Shown piece after piece: positions 62,401 to 64,000 of a DNA stretch of 64,000 bases. This DNA comes from Lama glama (Eukaryota), in the NCBI GenBank assembly GCA_028534125.1, contig CM052816.1, positions 58,406,001-58,470,000 on the forward strand, read 5' to 3'. The translations under genes and the position numbers were made by a program. The notes beneath the pieces were generated by a model. It did no database searches, was not told the DNA's origin, and was given only the letters and a program-made list of their open reading frames with translations. The stretch's first letter is position 1; every line of letters starts with the position of its first letter.

Positions 62401-63412
62401 AAAAAAAAAAAACACCACCACAAGACATGAGAAAAGGTAGGAAAATGAGACACACAATCAGGGAAATGAAATAAAAAATATAATATCAGAAATGTAACAA
62501 TCACTGAACGGGCTTAACAGCAGACTGAAGATAGCAGAAGACAGGGTAGTGAACTTGTAAACACGGTAACAGAAACTAACCAAATTGAAACGAAGAAAAA
62601 AGACTTGAGGGAGAAGAAAGACAGAGCTTTAATAATATTTAGTACAATGTCATGCAGACTGACACATGTAAGTGAGGCACCAGAAGTAGAGAACAAAGCA
62701 GACAAAAAATATTTTAAAAACCCTTAAGCAAATCATAAACATACTGCTGAACACCAAAGTTAAAAAGAAAAATCTTGAAAACAGTCACAGAAAAACAATT
62801 TCACCAAATATGTGACTACATATTAAAGACTACAGTTACAGTTGACTCTTGAACAACATGAGTTTGAACTGTGTGGTTCCACTTACGCATAGGTTTTTTT
62901 CAATAATAAATACTATAGTACTACACAATCCGAGGTTGGTTGAATCTGTTTTAGAAGTGGGTAGATATAAACCAGAAAATGTAATACTGAGGGTTAAAGA
63001 GATTATACTCAATTTAGAATTGAGAAATATTACATTACTTTTGGAGGGGGTGTAATTAGATAGATTTATTTACTTACCTACTTACTTATTTATTTATAAG
63101 AGGTACTAGGGATTGAAACCAGGACCTTGTGCATGCTAAGCACACACTCTACCACTGAGCTATACCCTCCCCTCCTTACACTACTTTATGAGCTGTAAAG
63201 GATAGTTGTACCAAAAACACAGTAGTGGAAAAGGATGGAATGAGATTTCAATCAAAGGTTAAAAAGTAATACATTTTGGTCTCTTTTCAGTTAACAAATG
63301 TGATGGGTTTACTTTACCTTAATTTCTATCCTGGCTCTATGAGGAAAAAGTTGTCCGATCATAGAAAAGTCAGTTCCCACCATGCTGATGGCTAAAAAAA
63401 ACATATCTGTTT
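6617..63412 (-). CDS. BDP1: BDP1, transcription factor TFIIIB component B'' homolog; 33 coding exons in window, 5' exons lie beyond 64000
   Basis: Hand-spliced GT-AG exons give one frame of 6323 nt with matching phases. It runs from SANT domain ETDMFFLAISMVGTDFSMIGQLFPHRARIEIKNKFKREEKTNGWRIDKAF to C-terminus SEYFFSDIFIEVDETE*, both matching mammalian BDP1 as I recall it. Confidence 0.97.
7200..7960 (+). mobile_element. Old L1 ORF2 3' fragment in the last intron
   Basis: aaaataaattctagatggatc, gatgttcaacctcactcata, ccctcatacactgctgataag, tttgaccagtaattct. Confidence 0.65.
8052..8298 (-). CDS. BDP1: BDP1 exon ~38, 247 nt, phase 2>0
   Basis: PGRRPLGFLSLICSKNSLESDEPTQVHSKKRLKPLIP...DSTATQ. Confidence 0.95.
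8440..8822. mobile_element. Adjacent hAT-Charlie MITE remnants (MER5A-like ~8440-8608, MER58-like ~8619-8822)
   Basis: aatcacctgaggatcttattaaaatg...ctggtcccaggaccacactttgag; gttttactagaacacagc...gttgcaacagagac...aagcctaaaatatttact. Confidence 0.65.
9669..9933 (-). CDS. BDP1: BDP1 exon ~37, 265 nt, phase 1>2
   Basis: GEACKGQDNFPTSGSTHVTPEPQKEQLE...QLPQDERIVSDKKERT...KTPLS; AAG acceptor. Confidence 0.92.
10571..10610 (-). CDS. BDP1: BDP1 exon ~36, 40 nt, phase 0>1
   Basis: MCSKESINVLEEA; acceptor ttttaacag, donor CAG|gtgagt. Confidence 0.9.
10700..12300 (+). mobile_element. Old L1 ORF2 fragment (contains a SINE at 11122-11263)
   Basis: caggaatgcaaagatgattcaatatt, tttgcagatgatatgactgtttatgcggaaaactc (FADD motif), tgaattattcaataaatggtgctggga. 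Confidence 0.75.
11122..11263 (-). mobile_element. Camelid tRNA-derived SINE
   Basis: A/B-box head and family tail motif. Confidence 0.85.
12752..12888 (+). mobile_element. Camelid tRNA-derived SINE
   Basis: gggagggtatagcagagtggtagagtgcgtgcttagcatgcacaaggtcctgggttctatcccc...aaacctagttacctc plus poly(A). Confidence 0.88.
13950..14151 (-). CDS. BDP1: BDP1 exon ~35, 202 nt, phase 2>0
   Basis: VSFPVTSVGQNAVCLSNSERDDSEKPVNLDLVSRKR...HVPPAKKS...YTSE. Confidence 0.93.
14898..15084 (-). CDS. BDP1: BDP1 exon ~34, 187 nt, phase 1>2
   Basis: VNLVANVNQDGEDEQAFILTLVEIPTNAVEEF...PNPLLPAPILVKSVNTEEKEDM. Confidence 0.95.
15444..15507 (-). CDS. BDP1: BDP1 exon ~33, 64 nt, phase 0>1
   Basis: CTPTSIPEVQQKNVNNPQDLT. 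Confidence 0.93.
16548..16593. repeat. Perfect 20-bp inverted repeat with 6-nt loop
   Basis: taattttaaaaaactgaacc-attgaa-ggttcagttttttaaaatta. Confidence 0.9.
17687..17867 (-). CDS. BDP1: BDP1 exon ~32, 181 nt, phase 2>0
   Basis: NKGQEEESGEVQISSVAPVVSSETAPH...GDSVLMLHVPE. Confidence 0.92.
18075..18225 (-). CDS. BDP1: BDP1 exon ~31, 151 nt, phase 1>2
   Basis: ETEKNASKGTELEDKNLESVTTAESKEQSKLACVHSIEE...LTE; AAG acceptor. Confidence 0.92.
19030..19540 (+). mobile_element. L1 3' fragment
   Basis: aaatgcaaatcaaaaccgccatgagatagcacttcatacc...gacccagcaattccacttgtaggtataaacccagagaaatgaaaacatacgtccacac. Confidence 0.75.
20130..20287 (-). CDS. BDP1: BDP1 exon ~30, 158 nt, phase 2>1
   Basis: TTTSEVTDNLRTSIFAKPKPNMKKIFE...EVEIQR. 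Confidence 0.92.
20759..20984 (-). CDS. BDP1: BDP1 exon ~29, 226 nt, phase 1>2
   Basis: VGVCVLPDIHSEDQSHIPFSPDN...EENKIVLEEQSTKEEVGLMEEVKENAVSS; CAGTAG acceptor, donor gtttat. Confidence 0.9.
22050..22142 (-). CDS. BDP1: BDP1 exon ~28, 93 nt, phase 1>1
   Basis: GTNDGSTEAAITLLTMGDLVLQSEINTEQSH; AAG acceptor, donor gtaaga. Confidence 0.93.
22274..22440 (+). mobile_element. Camelid tRNA-derived SINE following a ~50-bp L1 tail (22218-22270)
   Basis: gggggtgtatagctcagtggcagagtgc...aaacctaattacctc; preceded by actaacacaacattataaatcaactatacctc. Confidence 0.82.
22857..22893 (-). CDS. BDP1: BDP1 exon ~27, 37 nt, phase 0>1
   Basis: DMTTGEHIQDET; acceptor cttttag, donor CAG|gtaact. Confidence 0.9.
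23330..26470 (+). mobile_element. Decayed L1 (5' fragment, ORF2 pieces and 3' UTR)
   Basis: ORF2 remnants (ENYKTLLKEIKEELSKWK; KLEPSYTAGGNIKWCSSFGKQF); L1M-type 3' end at aataaagttg ~26465. Confidence 0.85.
24142..24598 (+). mobile_element. MLT1 (ERVL-MaLR) solo LTR nested in an L1
   Basis: tgtggtaaattgaattgtgtcc...gaatgtggccttatttggaaatagggtc...tggtactttgttacagcagccc; L1 ORF2-like sequence on both sides. Confidence 0.8.
26846..26968 (-). CDS. BDP1: BDP1 exon ~26, 123 nt, phase 0>0
   Basis: LEITVNVPDVACIAVVEHQLSNTDVTTQEMKQEENVNALSV. Confidence 0.93.
27254..27379 (-). mobile_element. Camelid tRNA-derived SINE
   Basis: ggaggtactggggattgaacccaggaccttgtacatgctaagcacgcattctaccactgagttataccc. 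Confidence 0.87.
27580..27950 (-). mobile_element. L1 3' end fragment
   Basis: gagatttaatttacatcccatacaattcatcc...gcaaccactaatgtactttctgcctctatagatttt is the reverse complement of an L1M 3' UTR. Confidence 0.7.
28730..29405 (+). mobile_element. L1MB-like 3' end
   Basis: aagtgttggtgaggttgtggaaaaatcagaa...cacttaatgccactgaactg...ggtaaattttatgttatatatattttaccacaatt plus poly(A). Confidence 0.8.
29904..30291 (-). CDS. BDP1: BDP1 exon ~25, 388 nt, phase 2>0
   Basis: CPQQFKESNYSKIA...RRKMKPNVPKGRGSKR...LVTLRASQEEDEDDAEDFESDYEEE...APVFVPVGLRSPEPVSAQIEETMEE. Confidence 0.94.
31116..31306 (-). CDS. BDP1: BDP1 exon ~24, 191 nt, phase 0>2
   Basis: EKAEFLTSLEVSARKDCVGSKE...VEEQCFSKPT; AAG acceptor. Confidence 0.92.
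31561..31813 (+). mobile_element. Two tandem or nested camelid SINEs (heads at 31561 and 31691) within one TSD
   Basis: Two A/B-box heads; direct repeat agaaattacttttt at 31543-31556 and 31816-31829. Confidence 0.85.
31841..32042 (-). CDS. BDP1: BDP1 exon ~23, 202 nt, phase 2>0
   Basis: HEHKTCVPSPPQMIRRQFQKAKPNLGRAHGKKEEP...HLLQK. Confidence 0.93.
33059..33190 (+). mobile_element. 5'-truncated camelid SINE
   Basis: gtggtagagtgcatgcttagcatgcacaagctcctgggttcaatccccagtacc plus A-rich tail. Confidence 0.82.
33480..33780 (+). mobile_element. L2 remnant
   Basis: gtaaaaatcaaaatccttacaatgg...ctgttcctcaaacatgccagacatgc...gctgctgtttcctct. Confidence 0.55.
35086..35200 (+). mobile_element. Young 5'-truncated L1 3' end (copy 1), inserted at the exon-22 donor
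   Basis: ~115 bp including AATAAA and poly(A); TSD aaaagc(aaac)aaactcacctc 35065-35085 and aaaagcaaactcacctc 35197-35213; TT/AAAA site. Confidence 0.9.
35211..35350 (-). CDS. BDP1: BDP1 exon ~22, 140 nt, phase 0>2
   Basis: PNSQIATEIEILSSEVSEGRMYENQSHVVPLENLPVDRIKVLDEKM; donor GAG|gtgagt, duplicated by an L1 TSD. Confidence 0.92.
35377..35410. repeat. (GTTTT)n microsatellite just upstream of the exon-22 acceptor
   Basis: About 6 tandem gtttt units. Confidence 0.85.
35640..35829 (+). mobile_element. Young 5'-truncated L1 3' end (copy 2)
   Basis: Near-identical to copies 1 and 3; perfect TSD aaaaaagttcaatgc 35625-35639 and 35830-35844. Confidence 0.9.
36523..36730 (-). CDS. BDP1: BDP1 exon ~21, 208 nt, phase 2>0
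   Basis: TQNKNTFQQEMKESVIQTARPVRGRLQRPRPNLRK...KFLTL; donor gtgagt. Confidence 0.94.
37447..37625 (-). CDS. BDP1: BDP1 exon ~20, 179 nt, phase 0>2
   Basis: DVASLMTSRESDESVCRQEEAVILPCLQTEKDFSPSSSCERKEESQS... Confidence 0.92.
38841..39063 (-). CDS. BDP1: BDP1 exon ~19, 223 nt, phase 2>0
   Basis: KSLPQEQKPFEVKPGPFVRSRFKRPKPNLARAASKRE...LPSQH; donor gtgagt. Confidence 0.94.
39383..40590 (+). mobile_element. Young L1 3' end (copy 3, 39383-39593) carrying a ~985-bp 3' transduction
   Basis: TSD aaaactctcccagtctt 39366-39382 and 40591-40607; internal poly(A) ~39578-39593; second AATAAA 40561-40566 followed by poly(A) from 40578. Confidence 0.9.
40742..40929 (-). CDS. BDP1: BDP1 exon ~18, 188 nt, phase 0>2
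   Basis: DISSEILSVVHTFVEEKKNSEKEV...PDVPEQFSDINL. Confidence 0.93.
41396..41573 (+). mobile_element. Camelid SINE with (AAAT)n expansion
   Basis: ggggaagggtatagctcagtgg...; TSD aagaat(a/g)gtaacttt 41381-41395 and 41574-41588. Confidence 0.88.
41814..42849 (-). CDS. BDP1: BDP1 exon ~17 (large exon with acidic ~27/55-aa tandem repeats), 1036 nt, phase 2>0
   Basis: VEEDSKANKQVPILKTRFQKPKPNIGRAGRRE..., in frame with ORF 41733..42704; repeated DLKET/DLEET units; donor AAA|gtacgt. Confidence 0.94.
43964..44094 (-). CDS. BDP1: BDP1 exon ~16, 131 nt, phase 0>2
   Basis: TPEQIDQSCEKFECEDITSQSEEKDTSFQNVQSDEPTALNECL; AAG acceptor, donor gtaagc. Confidence 0.9.
44890..45085 (-). CDS. BDP1: BDP1 exon ~15, 196 nt, phase 2>0
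   Basis: LSEKICLQEDNQPKAFRPSRLMRGLLQRPKPNVGKAAERKE...CIDRD. Confidence 0.93.
45893..45984 (-). CDS. BDP1: BDP1 exon ~14, 92 nt, phase 0>2
   Basis: NHMEKDKMNTFDIPGMENSERENPEADTVS; acceptor tgtag, donor gtaagt. Confidence 0.92.
47525..47630 (+). mobile_element. Internally deleted camelid SINE
   Basis: ggggaaggtacagcccactgcctgggttcaacc...aaataaacctaattacct. Confidence 0.65.
47715..47874 (-). CDS. BDP1: BDP1 exon ~13, 160 nt, phase 2>0
   Basis: ETDQTENIKPMTRGRLQRPKPNLSRAVGKKSVLSQGK...SVEK. Confidence 0.94.
48606..48722 (+). mobile_element. Camelid tRNA-derived SINE
   Basis: gggggagggtatagctcagttggtagagtgcctgcttagtatgcacaaggtcctgggttcgatc; TSD aaaaactcatta. Confidence 0.88.
49499..49522. repeat. 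(TG)n microsatellite
   Basis: About 12 TG units. Confidence 0.9.
50305..50463 (-). CDS. BDP1: BDP1 exon ~12, 159 nt, phase 2>2
   Basis: SQQDALSIATETSESSTSDLPSSEVG...VDLKNKS; tandem TAGTAG acceptor, donor gtaagt. Confidence 0.92.
50941..51096 (+). mobile_element. Camelid tRNA-derived SINE
   Basis: gggggaggatatagctcaagtggtagagc...gtcctgggttcaattc...aaacctaattacctcc plus poly(A). Confidence 0.88.
52095..53480 (+). mobile_element. L1 (L1MA-like) ORF2 3' part and 3' UTR
   Basis: HIDQGNRRDRPEINPHIYSQMIFDK ORF2 remnant; typical 3' UTR and A-rich tail. Confidence 0.85.
53850..53997 (-). CDS. BDP1: BDP1 exon ~11, 148 nt, phase 1>2
   Basis: NKCLSLSPEINEDEGNKEQ...EKRIDPILSS; AG/GT boundaries. Confidence 0.92.
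54885..55166 (-). CDS. BDP1: BDP1 exon ~10, 282 nt, phase 1>1
   Basis: VKKVASERVNNDPDES...KGEKHK; acceptor ttttcag, donor gtaagt. Confidence 0.93.
56144..56684 (+). mobile_element. MER21-like solo LTR
   Basis: tgtacagaaaggacttaacatagcaggcct...ggtcctccaacaca; TG..CA ends; 5-bp TSD ggctc (56139-56143, 56685-56689); internal AATAAA. Confidence 0.85.
57401..57544 (-). CDS. BDP1: BDP1 exon ~9, 144 nt, phase 1>1
   Basis: QEKRPFDFDFFAHLLQKVLAEEEKRKQKSVK...; AG/GT boundaries. Confidence 0.95.
57690..58220 (+). mobile_element. Old L1M 3' end with a younger L1 tail nested at ~57977-58121
   Basis: Old L1 3' UTR interrupted by atgaaaaagaat...gctgtacaccagaaattgacactttgtaactgactgtacttcaataaa plus A tail; imperfect TSD aaaatgtccc/aaaaagtccc. 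Confidence 0.7.
59310..59605 (+). mobile_element. L2 3' end remnant
   Basis: ccttcagatctaaattcaaatgtcatctcttcag...ttccctga...cagtgactagcacacagcagg...tgactgagtga. Confidence 0.6.
59960..60014 (-). CDS. BDP1: BDP1 exon ~8 (SANT domain end), 55 nt, phase 0>1
   Basis: NKFKREEKTNGWRIDKAF; acceptor aacag, donor gtaagt. Confidence 0.95.
60957..61099 (-). mobile_element. Camelid tRNA-derived SINE
   Basis: ggaggtactggggattaaacccaagacc...tgagctataccctccccc. Confidence 0.85.
62839..62950. mobile_element. TcMar-Tigger end fragment
   Basis: ta-cagttgactcttgaacaacatgagtttgaactgtgtggttccacttacg terminal sequence. Confidence 0.65.
63040..63175 (-). mobile_element. Camelid tRNA-derived SINE
   Basis: Family head and tail; TSD ttaca(t/c)tacttt. 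Confidence 0.85.
63318..63412 (-). CDS. BDP1: BDP1 exon ~7 (SANT/Myb-like domain), 95 nt, phase 1>0
   Basis: (E)TDMFFLAISMVGTDFSMIGQLFPHRARIEIK; acceptor tttacag, donor AAG|gtaaag. Confidence 0.96.
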
Positions 63413-63526
63413 CTGTAAAAATAAACATTCAGAAAGATTGAGAATTAATCTCCTAAATATTTCAGAGGAAAAAGAAATCTTACATAAGTATATCTTTTGA
63501 GGTAAAAATAAATTTGACAGTTAAGT

Positions 63527-63677
63527 TTTGTTTTTTGTTGTTGTTGTTATTATTTTGGTGGGATGAGGGAATTAGGTTTACTTATTTATTTATTCTTAGA
63601 GGAAGTACTGGGAATTGAACCCAGGATCTCATACATGCTAAGCATGTACTCTACCACTTCAGCTATTTCCTCCCCTC
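63527..63677 (-). mobile_element. Camelid tRNA-derived SINE
   Basis: Family head and tail; imperfect TSD tgacag(tag)ttaagtttt. Confidence 0.85.
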
Positions 63678-64000
63678 TGACAGTAGTTAAGTTTTTTACT
63701 AAAGTCCAGTAAACCTTTAGACATAGAAATTTATCTATGTACATGCACACAGACATATTTCAGTTTTCCTGCAAGGAACCTCATGGATATAAAAACATTT
63801 TTTTAAACTTATATACAGAAACATGGCTTAAGAAATTTGAATGTTCATACCAAAGTAGCAGGGATTTTTAAAAAGACATTCTGCCTATTTGGTCTTAAAG
63901 TGCCTTGAAGAAAACTGTCAGTCATGACGAGTATAATATTACTGCTAATGTAAGCAACTAAGACGTGCTAAGCAGTATGTGAAAGAAAGTAGCTAGAAAA

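Overview
Mammalian genomic DNA, AT-rich. It is most likely camelid, judging by about 15 copies of a vic-1-like tRNA-derived SINE and young artiodactyl-type L1 3' ends. The window holds most of BDP1 (TFIIIB subunit B'', RNA polymerase III initiation factor) on the minus strand. I mapped 33 GT-AG coding exons by hand, from the SANT/Myb domain (63318-63412) to the stop codon (6617-6619). They total 6323 nt, all junction phases agree, and they probably correspond to exons 7-39 by human numbering recalled from memory. A ~2.6 kb 3' UTR ends near an AATAAA at 4029-4034. Downstream lie two divergent ERV1-type solo LTRs and a full-length RPS12 processed pseudogene. The most notable observations are: (1) exons 13-25 form a strictly alternating two-exon module (phase 2>0 exon with an RxR[FL]Q[KR]PKPN motif, then a phase 0>2 spacer); (2) an L1 3' transduction of ~1 kb of foreign sequence bounded by a perfect 17-bp TSD in intron 18; (3) a young L1 insertion whose TSD duplicated the 5' splice site of exon 22; (4) a short acidic repeat array in exon 17; (5) several stop-containing exon-like segments. 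Repeat family names are from recalled consensus similarity and their boundaries are approximate unless a TSD is given.
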